Of a stretch of DNA of 64,000 nucleotides, positions 1 to 10,400 are shown in pieces. Source of the stretch: an uncultured Bacteroidota bacterium (GTDB taxonomy: Bacteria; Bacteroidota; Ignavibacteria; UBA10030; UBA6906); assembly GCA_963700635.1 (NCBI GenBank), contig CAVOYH010000001.1, positions 416,001 to 480,000 on the forward strand, in the 5' to 3' direction. The translations under genes and the position numbers were made by a program. Each line of letters opens with the position of its first letter. Positions within the stretch are counted from its first letter, which is position 1. The notes under the pieces are model-generated. The model saw nothing but the letters and a program-made list of their open reading frames with translations. It searched no databases and was not told where the DNA came from.

Positions 1-2165
1 GTCCCGTTTGCTTCCAGAGGATACACGGTGAGAGTCAATGGATCAATGGGCTGTTCGCCCGTGTGCTGAACAACCTGCTGTGAGGGGAGGATGGCACCCT
101 CCCTGACGAATAGGGGGATCTGGTCAAGGGGGGCGGCCACGGTGTGCGTGCGGCTGCCAGTGAACGGCGTTCCTGTCCAGTAGTCGTACCAGGTGCCCCC
201 GGGGAACGTGACGTCGCGGGTGCGTGCTTCAGGCAGGAGCACCGGAGCGACGAGAAGATCCGGGCCCAGGAGGAAGCTGGTGGATTCATTGATAAAACGC
301 GTATCGTCAGGGTACTCGAAGATCAGGGGACGCATGGCAGGTATGCCGGTGGCGCTCGCCTCGGCCATCACCGCGTACAGATAGGGCAACATGGTATACC
401 GGAGATTGATGGTCTTGCGGTTCGTTGCGGTGAAGTCATCCCCGAACTCCCATGGTTCCTTGTTCTTCTCATTGATCACAGAATGCGCTCGCATGAGGGG
501 TGTAAACGCTCCCAGCTGCAACCATCGTGCGAAGAGCTCGCCCGAGGGATACCCGATAAACCCCCCGATGTCGCTCCCCACAAACGGTTGCCCCGACAGT
601 CCGAGGTTCAGGCACATCGTCACGGCGAGTGCCAGGTGCTCCCATGTTGCAGTATTGTCGCCTGTCCACGCAGCGCTGTAACGCTGTCCGCCGGCATAGG
701 AAGCGCGGGTGAGCACAAAGGGACGCTCCGCAGGGTTATAACGGAGGGCGCCCTCATATGAGGCACGGGTCATCTCGAGCCCGTAAATATTGTGGTTTTT
801 CGCGTGTGTCGTGAACAGGCCTTCATCATCGTGGAGCACCTGGAGGTCCACGGTCTTTGACGGGACGTTAAACACGGACGGTTCATTCATATCGTTCCAG
901 AACCCACGAACGCCGGTCTGGATGAGTTCCTCCATCTGGTCTCCCCACCACCTACGGGTCGCCCTGGAGGTAAAGTCAGGAAACGCGCACCGGCCGGGCC
1001 ATACATCACCGTAATAGATGCGTCCATCCGGGTATCGGAGGAAATGATTTCCTTCGAGACCGGTCCGGAACGCCGGGTATGACGAATCTGCTTTAATACC
1101 CGGGTCCAGGATGACTGCCACCCGAAATCCTTCTGCGCCCATCTCCTTGATCAGACGTTTTGGATCGGGGAAGTTCTTCTGGCTCCAGGTGAAGATCCTG
1201 TATCCCTCCATGTAGTCGATATCCAGATAAAGGACGTCGCATGGAATCGACCGTGAACGGAAGCCTTGGGCTATCTCCCGGACGCGGCTCTCCGGAAAAT
1301 AACTCCAGCGGCACTGCTGGTAGCCGAGGGACCATTTCGGAGGCAAAGGCATCCGGCCGACGAGTTCGGTGAATCGCCCGACGACATCGTGCGGCGATGG
1401 GCCGGCGATGACATAGTAGTTTACTTCGCCCCCTTCAGCGCCGAATGAGTATTGATCCCGTGATTCTTTCCCCATATCGAAGGACGACCAGTAGGTATTG
1501 TCGAAGAACAGGCCGTGCGCCTTGCCCTTCCGGAGTGAGAGGAAGAACGGTATACTCTGATACAACGGGTCTGCTGATGCAGCATACGCCGGGATGTCGG
1601 AATTCCACATGGTCATGGAAGTTCCGCGCCGTTCGAGCGGGCCGGCCTTTTCCCCGAAACCGTAATAGTGCGCATCTGCAGGCGATACATGCCACACGCG
1701 CACTTCATGAGAGAGGGTGGTACGACCGTCGGGTGAGGGTGCATCCGAAATCCAGGAGAAACCTTTCCGGGGATGGTCGCGGGTTAAAGGTGTTCCTGTT
1801 GAATCGTAGACGGTGATCCGCAGCGGCTGTTTCGAAATGGTTACCCGGAGAGCGCGCGTGGTGAGCGTGAGGGCATCAGAGGCGTCTGTGATCTCGGTGT
1901 TGGCTGCAGGCCACTGGGTCTTCACCACGGCATGGGAGACATCCGGGGGGAGTTGCCCGGACGCGGGAGGTGGTATACATCGTATCCGGACAAGGTGATC
2001 CGAGAGGATTTGAACATCGACCGTTGCACCGGAGGCTTTAAGGATGACGCTGTTTCCCCCGCGGACGACATACGAATCTACGTTTCCTACGGTCCGCCAC
2101 TGTGCGCTGCTCTGGAGGAAAAAAACGGTAAGCAAGAACAGCAACAGCACCCCCACTCGTCGCAT
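1..2165 (-). CDS. GH31 alpha-glucosidase with signal peptide, 3' end runs off the window (alternative start 2183)
   Basis: Absent from the ORF track because no stop lies in the window. Manual translation gives MRRVGVLLLFLLTVFFLQSSAQW..., YYGFGEK, VWPGRCAFPDFT, GFWNDMNEP (nucleophile motif, ~880-905), HNIYG, WTGDN and GSDIGGF. The frame is the same at the points checked (2165, 1607, 899, 50). Confidence 0.93.
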   Translation of the reverse strand, partial: MRRVGVLLLFLLTVFFLQSSAQWRTVGNVDSYVVRGGNSVILKASGATVDVQILSDHLVRIRCIPPPASGQLPPDVSHAVVKTQWPAANTEITDASDALTLTTRALRVTISKQPLRITVYDSTGTPLTRDHPRKGFSWISDAPSPDGRTTLSHEVRVWHVSPADAHYYGFGEKAGPLERRGTSMTMWNSDIPAYAASADPLYQSIPFFLSLRKGKAHGLFFDNTYWSSFDMGKESRDQYSFGAEGGEVNYYVIAGPSPHDVVGRFTELVGRMPLPPKWSLGYQQCRWSYFPESRVREIAQGFRSRSIPCDVLYLDIDYMEGYRIFTWSQKNFPDPKRLIKEMGAEGFRVAVILDPGIKADSSYPAFRTGLEGNHFLRYPDGRIYYGDVWPGRCAFPDFTSRATRRWWGDQMEELIQTGVRGFWNDMNEPSVFNVPSKTVDLQVLHDDEGLFTTHAKNHNIYGLEMTRASYEGALRYNPAERPFVLTRASYAGGQRYSAAWTGDNTATWEHLALAVTMCLNLGLSGQPFVGSDIGGFIGYPSGELFARWLQLGAFTPLMRAHSVINEKNKEPWEFGDDFTATNRKTINLRYTMLPYLYAVMAEASATGIPAMRPLIFEYPDDTRFINESTSFLLGPDLLVAPVLLPEARTRDVTFPGGTWYDYWTGTPFTGSRTHTVAAPLDQIPLFVREGAILPSQQVVQHTGEQPIDPLTLTVYPLEANG

Positions 2166-2189
2166 AGATGTTCCCGGGATCATGTGTGA

Positions 2190-3293
2190 CTAGAGCGCAA
2201 CCTCAGTTGCAGCGTCGAAGAGGTGCACCTTGGCGAGATCAATGAGCAGGTCGCACGGCTTCCCCACTTCCGGAGTCCGGTCCGTGGCAACCCGGGCCAC
2301 ATGGTGACTGGTAGAGCCGGTTGAGAAATAGATAAAAATCTCATTGCCGAAAGGTTCCACAACTTCGACCATCGTACGAACGGGCACCGACGTGGTGACA
2401 CCGGCGGGAGGCCGGAGGTAGATATGCTCTGGCCTGATACCCAGCGTGATCGGTCCCGATGCGCGCTCACCCAGCCGCTGGATCAACGTGTCCGGCATAG
2501 GCAGGGCCAGGTCCGTGCCTTCATGGCGAAATGTTGTGGTCCCGTTCCTGACGAGGGCGCCATGAAGAAAATTCATGGTGGGGCTTCCGATAAAGCCGGC
2601 GACAAACTTGTTCACGGGTTTGTGATAGATGGCGAGAGGCGCATCCACCTGCTGGACGACGCCGTCGCGCATGACGACAATACGGTCGCCCATGGACATG
2701 GCTTCAATCTGGTCATGGGTGACATAGATCATGGTGGTATGGAGACGATGGTGGAGACGGGAGATCTCTGTGCGCATCTGGACGCGGAGGTTTGCGTCGA
2801 GGTTGGAGAGTGGTTCATCGAACAAAAAGACCTTCGGCTGGCGTACGATGGCCCGCCCCAGTGCGACACGCTGACGCTGGCCGCCGGAAAGGGCCTTCGG
2901 TTTCCGGTCAAGGTAGGTGTCAATGCCGAGAATCCGTGCAGCCTCTCGAACCCGCTGGTCAATATCGGTCTTGCTGAATTTCCGGAGTTTCAGACCGAAG
3001 GCGAGATTGTCATAGACCGACATATGCGGGTAGAGGGCGTAGTTCTGAAACACCATGGCGATGTCGCGGTCCTTTGGTGCCACATCGTTGACCACGCGGC
3101 CATCGATGCTGATGGTTCCCTGGGTGATTTCTTCGAGTCCGGCGATCATGCGGAGCACGGTGGATTTGCCGCACCCTGAGGGTCCAACAAGCACCACAAA
3201 TTCCTGATCGTGAATTGTCGTTGAAACATCACGAACGGCGGTGACCTTTGCGTCGTATACTTTGAACACATGTTCCAGCTTTACTTCTGCCAT
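2190..3293 (-). CDS. msmX: Sugar ABC transporter ATP-binding protein (MalK/MsmX/UgpC family)
   Basis: GPSGCGKST Walker A, VFQNYALYPHM, LSGGQRQR signature, FLFDEPLSNLD and a C-terminal TOBE region with GIRPEH. Confidence 0.95.
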   Translation of the reverse strand: MAEVKLEHVFKVYDAKVTAVRDVSTTIHDQEFVVLVGPSGCGKSTVLRMIAGLEEITQGTISIDGRVVNDVAPKDRDIAMVFQNYALYPHMSVYDNLAFGLKLRKFSKTDIDQRVREAARILGIDTYLDRKPKALSGGQRQRVALGRAIVRQPKVFLFDEPLSNLDANLRVQMRTEISRLHHRLHTTMIYVTHDQIEAMSMGDRIVVMRDGVVQQVDAPLAIYHKPVNKFVAGFIGSPTMNFLHGALVRNGTTTFRHEGTDLALPMPDTLIQRLGERASGPITLGIRPEHIYLRPPAGVTTSVPVRTMVEVVEPFGNEIFIYFSTGSTSHHVARVATDRTPEVGKPCDLLIDLAKVHLFDAATEVAL

Positions 3294-3347
3294 GGGGGTT
3301 CCTTTGGATGGGGAAGCTGATCCTGAGGAATCAAACCGGGATGGAGG

Positions 3348-3376
3348 AATATATCAAGGTGTCCTGACAAACACAA
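3348..3376 (-). promoter_or_regulatory. Putative sigma70-type promoter for msmX-GH31
   Basis: Minus strand reads TTGTGT-17 nt-TATATT, about 55 nt upstream of the msmX ATG. Confidence 0.4.
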
Positions 3377-3442
3377 GGAGAGCGAACTTCTGAGGTCTGT
3401 GGTGTGTTGTACCATGAACCAGCGCTGTATCCAAGATTTACC

Positions 3443-3471
3443 TTGACACGTAAATCCAAAAGCAGTATCTT
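3443..3471 (+). promoter_or_regulatory. Sigma70-type promoter for the lacI-TBDT operon
   Basis: Perfect TTGACA (3443-3448), a 17-nt spacer and TATCTT (3466-3471). Confidence 0.75.
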
Positions 3472-3473
3472 TA

Positions 3474-3487
3474 TGGAAGCGCTTCCA
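3474..3487. promoter_or_regulatory. LacI-family operator
   Basis: Perfect 14-bp palindrome TGGAAGCGCTTCCA with central CG. It lies just downstream of the -10 box and upstream of a LacI gene. Confidence 0.85.
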
Positions 3488-3545
3488 ATGGAAAGGCGCT
3501 CCTCCTCTTTCCCATTACAGATGTAACACAGAATCGTCCCCCTCG

Positions 3546-4619
3546 ATGGGTGTTACCATCTACGATCTTGCTCGCGAAGCAGGTGTCGGAATAGGAACCG
3601 TATCGCGGTGTCTCAACAACCACCCGAACGTTTCCGCCCGCACCCGGGCCCGCGTCCTCTCCGTCGTGAAGCGGCTGAATTACCAGCCCCACGCTCAGGC
3701 CCAGCGCCTCGCCTCGCGGCGCACCAATACCATCTCCGTGATCATCCCGTCATTTACCAACTATTTCTTCGTCCAGATTCTTCAGGGTGTCCAGGACCTC
3801 GCTGCCGAAATCGGTATGGATCTTATCCTGTACGGAGTGAACCACCCGTCCCAGGTAGAGCACTATTTACGCCGGTCGCTCCACCGCGGACATGTTGACG
3901 GGGTGTTGTTTTTCAGCATGAAGCTGCCCGAAACGTACGCCGCCAAGTTTCTCCAGATGAGCCTCCCTCTGGTCCTGGTGGACGCCAATCATCCGGCCTT
4001 TGATTCCATCCGGGTGAAGAACATCGAGGGCGCCTCAGACGCGACACTCCACCTCCTCGGTCTCGGGCACAAGGCCATCGGAATGATCAATGCCAGTCTG
4101 GAGACTCAACCCGCACGGGATCGAATGGCCGGATACAGCCGTGCGCTGGAAGAACACGGGATCACCTTCAGAAACGACCGTGTTTTTGCTTCCTCAATGG
4201 GGAAAAACGATGGATTCAGCAGGGAAGCCGGCCGGGAATCGATGCGACGGCTCCTTTTAATGAACAACACTTCGGATCCGGTCACCGCAGTGTTTATTGC
4301 GAGCGACGTGCAGGCCATCGGTGCACTGGAAGCGGCAAATGCCGCGTCCGTTCGTATTCCTGAGGACATCGCCATTGTGTCCTTCGATGATATAGAGCTT
4401 GCCCAGTATGCTGAACTGACAACCATGCGCCAGCCGATGTATGAAATGGGGCGGCTTGCGATGGAGAAGCTGTTTTCGCGGATGAAAGATCCGGATGCCG
4501 TTGCTACACTCACTTCATTTCACCCCGATCTTATTGTCCGCAGGTCGTGTGGCGCCACCCCGAGGCCTGTCGCACCGACGGAAAGAACGCAACACTATTC
4601 TCCGATTCTGACCCCGTAA
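3546..4619 (+). CDS. LacI-family transcriptional regulator
   Basis: N-terminal HTH TIYDLAREAGVGIGTVSRCLN, hinge YQPHAQAQRL, sugar-binding domain with IPEDIAIVSFDD, LTTMRQP and LIVRRSC. Confidence 0.96.
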   Translation: MGVTIYDLAREAGVGIGTVSRCLNNHPNVSARTRARVLSVVKRLNYQPHAQAQRLASRRTNTISVIIPSFTNYFFVQILQGVQDLAAEIGMDLILYGVNHPSQVEHYLRRSLHRGHVDGVLFFSMKLPETYAAKFLQMSLPLVLVDANHPAFDSIRVKNIEGASDATLHLLGLGHKAIGMINASLETQPARDRMAGYSRALEEHGITFRNDRVFASSMGKNDGFSREAGRESMRRLLLMNNTSDPVTAVFIASDVQAIGALEAANAASVRIPEDIAIVSFDDIELAQYAELTTMRQPMYEMGRLAMEKLFSRMKDPDAVATLTSFHPDLIVRRSCGATPRPVAPTERTQHYSPILTP

Positions 4620-4640
4620 TTGACCAGGAGTAATCTCCGT

Positions 4641-7469
4641 ATGAACTCACGTATTATGCTTCTCCTCATTCTGACAATCGGCCTTCCGGGGTACGCGATT
4701 GCAGGAAACACCGGTAAGATCGCAGGTCAGGTCAAGGATTCACAGACCGGTGAAGCCCTCATAGGAGTGAACGTTGTTATCGAGGGGACCTCCATGGGCG
4801 CCGCAACGAACATCGACGGGTACTTCGTCATCCTCAATATCCCGCCCGGCAAGTATGCGCTCTATGCCTCGGCCGTGGGCTACAACAAGAAGACCGTCAC
4901 CAACATCTCTGTGTCCATCGATCTGACGACAACCATCGATTTTATCCTCTCGTCCCAGGTGCTCGCCGTCGGAGAGGAAGTTGTGGTTACAGCCGAACGG
5001 CCGCTTGTGCAGAGAGATCTTACGGCCAAGACGGCAATTGTGGGAGGTGATCAGATTGCTGCCCTGCCGGTTACCGAAGTGGATCAGGTGCTGCAGCTGC
5101 AGGCCGGCTTCGTCTCGGGGAGCCTGCGCGGCGGACGTAAAGGGGAGGTGGCATACTGGATTGACGGCGTGCCGGTCACGGACGGCTTCAACGGAACACA
5201 AATCGTTGAAGTGAATAAGAACCTGGTCCAGGAGCTCCAGCTCGTCTCGGGTGCCTTTAACGCCGAGTACGGACAGGCGATGTCCGGAATCGTGAATATC
5301 GCAACCAAAGAAGGGGGATCCCGGTTTTCGGGAGGCGTCGGGGCGTATGCAGGCCAGTACCTTACCACGTATGACGCGGATTCTCTTTTTCCCGGGCTCA
5401 ACAAGTTTGATCCTACCGCAATCCGGAACATCGAAGCGAATCTGAGCGGACCGATTCTTGGCGAAGACCTCACGTTTTTTGTGAACGGTCGTGCCATCTA
5501 CTTCGACGGGTGGCGTAAAGGATTCCGACGCTACAACCCGTGGAACATTTCCTACACGGACGATATTACCCGCGAGTTTACCATGTACCGGGATGCAGAC
5601 GGCAGGGGCGATAGTGCAGTGGTCCCGATGAACTGGAGCAGGCGATACTACGGACAGGGTAAGCTGACGTGGCGTATTACGCCCGTCATCAAACTCAACA
5701 CTAACTACATCTACGACTATAACGAGGCACAGGCCTACGACCGGAGCTACTTCTACAATCCAGATGGCAAGGGGAAAGATCTGAACACCAGCCACACGTT
5801 CATTCTCCAGTTTTCCCATACCCTGAGTTCATCCACATTCTACACCGTCGGGGCATCCTGGTTCGAGCGCGGAGTGAAGTACCACCTGTACGATCTGGCC
5901 TACGAACCTGCCACGGACGGGTCGGGCGACCTGATTGAGACCCTGAACTCCGGGGGTCCGCATTATGTCCACCCCTACCTGTTTCTGACTGACGATCCGT
6001 ACAGTTACCTCACGGGCGGGACGGATCTGAACAGGTTCCGGCGGTCCACAACCACAAAACTTCTGAAGTTCGACGTGTCCAGCCAGCTTGACCAGTCGAA
6101 CCTTGTAAAGATCGGCGCAGAATACCGTCACCACAATGTGTTCTACGAGAATATCGAACTCCAGCCGATCGCACAACAATCGGACATTAACCTTTCCACA
6201 TCCAGCCCCTACATCCGTACCCGCATCCTGCCGCTCTCTTCACTCTATCACAACATGTATAACCGGAGTCCGAAGGAGATCTCAGGCTACATTCAGGACA
6301 AGCTGGAGTTCAAGGACTTTATCCTGAATATCGGCGTGCGGTTTGATTATTTCGAACCGGACGGTTACGTGTTAAACGACGAACATCCGGACCCGGCTGA
6401 TCCATTACACTACACCTACACGGTGGATGATCCGAATATTTACAGTCCGATAAAGCCGGAAAACCGTGCGAAGACCCTTGAAGAGCGGCGATCCTACTGG
6501 TATCGCAAGGCAAAATCAAAATACAAGATCAGTCCGCGTATCGGCGGTTCGTTCCCGATCACGGCCGAGGGGATCGTGCACTTTTCCTACGGTCACTTTT
6601 TCCAGGTGCCCAGGTTCGAGCGATTGTACGAAAATCCAGACTTCAAGATCGGATTCGGAACCGGTAATCAGGGTGTGGTGGGGAATGCGGATCTTGAGCC
6701 GGAGCAGACCATCAATGCCGAAATCGGCGTGCAGCAGCAGCTGGCCGCGGATCTCTCGGTTGATGTGACCGCGTATCTGCGCGACATCCGTGGTCTGACC
6801 GGCACACGCGCCGACGAGATTATCGTGTTCGGCGGCAGCGCGAAATACAGCAAATACGTAAACAGCGATTTTGGATTTGTGAAGGGAATTGTGCTGACGA
6901 TGAACAAGCGGTTCGGAAGCGGTTTCTCGGCGACCGTGGACTATACCTATCAGGTTGCAAAAGGCAGCGCTTCCGATCCTCAGGAAGCGCGGAACGCCGT
7001 GGCAGGTGGCTCCCTCCCTGAAGTACAGCTGACCCCGCTGGGCTGGGATCAGCGTCATACCGTCAATGTTACAGCCTCCTACGCGGAAAGACTATGGGGT
7101 GTGAGCGCCATCGCACAGTACGGGAGTGGTGCTCCCTATACCCCCCGCCGTGCCGCGGACATCACGACCCTGCTCACCAACAGTCAGCTCAAACCGGGGT
7201 TCTTTAATATAGACCTGCGCGCGTACTACGAAATGGCCATCGATCCGTTTACGATCGTGGTGTTCGCGCGGGTCTTCAACCTCCTCGACATCAGAAACGA
7301 AAATGACGTATTCGATGACACAGGCCGGGCAGGGTTTACCACTGATCAGGCCCGTATCAGTCTGACAAATCCGAGGCAGCGGATCAATTCACTGGCAGAG
7401 TGGTATCGGCGGCCGCAGAACTATTCGGAACCCCGTCGCATCGAACTTGGCATGAATCTGGAGTTTTAG
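4641..7469 (+). CDS. TonB-dependent receptor, non-SusC type, with N-terminal carboxypeptidase-regulatory-like domain
   Basis: AGGAG SD before ATG 4641, signal peptide, GKIAGQVKD...GAATNIDGYFVILNIPPGKY, plug LRGGR...SGAFNAEYGQAMSGIVNI, GNADLEPE, and a C-terminal strand ending in Phe (PRRIELGMNLEF). Confidence 0.93.
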   Translation: MNSRIMLLLILTIGLPGYAIAGNTGKIAGQVKDSQTGEALIGVNVVIEGTSMGAATNIDGYFVILNIPPGKYALYASAVGYNKKTVTNISVSIDLTTTIDFILSSQVLAVGEEVVVTAERPLVQRDLTAKTAIVGGDQIAALPVTEVDQVLQLQAGFVSGSLRGGRKGEVAYWIDGVPVTDGFNGTQIVEVNKNLVQELQLVSGAFNAEYGQAMSGIVNIATKEGGSRFSGGVGAYAGQYLTTYDADSLFPGLNKFDPTAIRNIEANLSGPILGEDLTFFVNGRAIYFDGWRKGFRRYNPWNISYTDDITREFTMYRDADGRGDSAVVPMNWSRRYYGQGKLTWRITPVIKLNTNYIYDYNEAQAYDRSYFYNPDGKGKDLNTSHTFILQFSHTLSSSTFYTVGASWFERGVKYHLYDLAYEPATDGSGDLIETLNSGGPHYVHPYLFLTDDPYSYLTGGTDLNRFRRSTTTKLLKFDVSSQLDQSNLVKIGAEYRHHNVFYENIELQPIAQQSDINLSTSSPYIRTRILPLSSLYHNMYNRSPKEISGYIQDKLEFKDFILNIGVRFDYFEPDGYVLNDEHPDPADPLHYTYTVDDPNIYSPIKPENRAKTLEERRSYWYRKAKSKYKISPRIGGSFPITAEGIVHFSYGHFFQVPRFERLYENPDFKIGFGTGNQGVVGNADLEPEQTINAEIGVQQQLAADLSVDVTAYLRDIRGLTGTRADEIIVFGGSAKYSKYVNSDFGFVKGIVLTMNKRFGSGFSATVDYTYQVAKGSASDPQEARNAVAGGSLPEVQLTPLGWDQRHTVNVTASYAERLWGVSAIAQYGSGAPYTPRRAADITTLLTNSQLKPGFFNIDLRAYYEMAIDPFTIVVFARVFNLLDIRNENDVFDDTGRAGFTTDQARISLTNPRQRINSLAEWYRRPQNYSEPRRIELGMNLEF

Positions 7470-7470
7470 C

Positions 7471-10400
7471 ATGAAAACCACCCGATACGTTTTTTTCTTG
7501 ATCCTCACGACATTTCTCCTGGCTCCCTCCATGCTCGCGCAGAGCGGGCGGGAATACCGCCGGTCCGCAATTATGAACGGCAACCAGGTGCGTACCGTGT
7601 TCGGCAACTGGGGTGTGATCGGCCAGCCGGTGGATACCAGACCCCGCGGTGCGTGGAAAAACGACAACAACGGCTACCTGGGCGACGTGAGTCCGTTTGT
7701 GGGAGCGGAAGTCCGGTGGCAGGACACCACGTTCCGGTCCGTCGTCTCGAGCCCCGTTGCGCGCCCGACACAGCTGGCCGATCTGGATCCGGCGACGGGA
7801 GAGAACTGGACCTTTGAACCGGTAGGCGGCTACTTCGCCTCCGCACCCAATCAAAGCATTGCCGTCAGCAACGACAACAAAACCTGGCCGGAATTCTGGC
7901 CGGACAAACTCAGCGACGGCGTCGACCCCGGGTGGAGGGGATCGTGGAACGGGTACTTCGGCAAGCGGATCAGCGCCGATCTTGAAACCTACTTCGTGAT
8001 GGACGACAACGTCGATCGCCGGTTCAACTTCGCTCTGAACAACGCGCGGGGTATCGCTTTCAAACCGGACTCCCTGAACCTCTCACGAAACGGCCTGGCT
8101 CTGGATGTGCGCGTCCGCGCGATGCAATGGGCGCAGTTCCTCGCCCAGGACAATATTTTCTGGCTCTATGAGATCGCCAACACGGGAACCACCAGCTACG
8201 ACCGGGTGGTGTTCGGCATGCTCGTCGGAACATACATCGGCGTCACGGGGAGTGATGGAAGCCCCCAGGAATACGATGACGATTGGTCGTTTTATGATGT
8301 CTTCACCAATATCACCTACACGGCCGACTTTGACCGGAATACGGGACGCAATCCGCGCTGGAATCAGAGGTTCCCGGTCGGGATGGTGGGGTATGCATTC
8401 CTGGAAAGTCCGGGTAACCCGTTCGACGGCATTGACAACGACGGTGATGCCGACTCTACGACGATCGGACAAGCTTCGCCGGTGTTCGAATCGACAAGTT
8501 TCGATTCGACTGTCATAGCGGCCGGCGCGAGAATTATTCTTGTGCGGGACGACTTTTCACGCGTGACATTCACGGTGCCCAACCGCGACTCCGTAAAAAT
8601 CAAGACCCGCGGGATGCGCGACTCCATATGGATCTACCCGGGAAAAACCAAACTTGCGGAGGGAAACCTGGTTCGGGATTTCCAGGGGAACGAAGTCATC
8701 AATCGGAACGCGTATGACGGGATCGACAATGATTTTGATGGATTGATTGATGAGAATCGTTTCCTGCATTACCAGCAGTTCAAGCGGAACCGCAATTTTC
8801 CTTTTGAGGTCCTGCTGAATGTCCTCCGCCCGGTGCGCCACGTGAGCGCTGCAACCGGAGGCGTGGCCAATCCGTTGAGTATGATTGATGAACGAAGGAA
8901 TGACCGGGTGGACAATGACGCGGACTGGGATATCAATTTTGATGATGTCGGGCGGGATGGTATCGGGCGCACGGCAGTGAACTACCCCGGTCCCGATTTT
9001 GGTGAGGGAGATGGTCTGCCCACATCCGGGTACGACAACTCCGGAAATGACACAGGACTGCCTGGTGAACCGAATATCGACAAGACCGACGTGGACGAAT
9101 CAGATCAAATCGGCCTTTCCAGTTTCTATTATTTTGAGCCGGCCAATGTGGTCCGCCTGGGAGATGATGAGGAGCTCTGGAAGAATCTCGCCCCGGGCTT
9201 TTTTGATGTGCCCACATCCATCGTCAACAATCGCCCCCAGCGTGGTGAAGATGGTGATTTTATTTACGGTTCGGGCTATTTCCCTCTGCTTGCCGGAACA
9301 ACAGAGCGGTTCTCTCTCGCCCTTGTCTACGGCGGCGGAAAGGGCGGGAGTGTGCAGGATGATATCGATGACCTGCTGAAGAACAAACGTACGGTACAGA
9401 AGATTTACGATGCGAACTACCAGTTCCCCACGCCCCCTGACAAACCTACGCTGGTTGCCGTGCCGGGTGACCGGCAGGTGACGCTGTACTGGGATCGGGT
9501 TGCCGAAGCATCCGTTGATCCTGTGCTCCGTACCAGGGACTTTGAAGGGTATAAACTCTACAAGTCCACCGACCCGGACTTCAGCAACATCTTTACCATC
9601 ACGGACGCCACCGGCACGCCCCGCGGGTATCAACCCCTCGCACAATACGACATTGCGAACAGTATCCGGGGATTCTTCCGGGCCAGCGGTGAGCTCTTCC
9701 AGGCCGCAGCGGGGTACTCCTTTAACCTCGGCGATGACTCGGGTCTGAAGCACACGTATGTCGACCGTGAAGTCGAGAACGGCCGGAGGTACTTTTACGC
9801 CGTTGTTGCATACGATCGCGGGGACGAACTCGCAGGCATCTTCCCCGGAGAAAACACAAAACCGGTGCGCATTCTCTCCACCGGAGAAGTGGAAAGGGAT
9901 ATCAATGTTGCGGTGGTGACGCCGAACGCGCAGACGGCGGGATATGTTTCTCCCTCGTCAGGAGTCTCTGCACTCCACCCATCGGGACCGGCGACGGGCG
10001 GCGTCAAATTTGCAATTGTGGATGAAAGAAAACTGACCGGCCACCGGTACCGCGTGACGTTCCTGGATACACAGATGGATAGTGTGGACAACAACGCGAA
10101 CGGAAAGCTGGATTTCAGCGACAGCACCGAATGGAACCGGATTACCACATTCTACAATGTTGAAGATATGACCCAGTTGTCGGAGCAGTTTATCAGTCAG
10201 GATACTGCGAATGTGAGCTTTAACAAGAAGAATCTCATGCCGGGGACAGTCACAGTCCGGAATCAACAGGGGAGCGTGATAGATCCCGCCAACTACATCC
10301 TGAATACGACTCGTGGAAGTATCCGGGGTGCGGCGCCGGGAACCCTGCCGCCCGGTACGTATTCGATCTCGTACAGGTACTATCCTGTGTATCGAAGTCC

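Noticed and set aside
35-2189. Many short ORFs suggesting a degraded region
   Set aside because: Explained by one minus-strand GH31 frame that the track omitted because its stop is outside the window.
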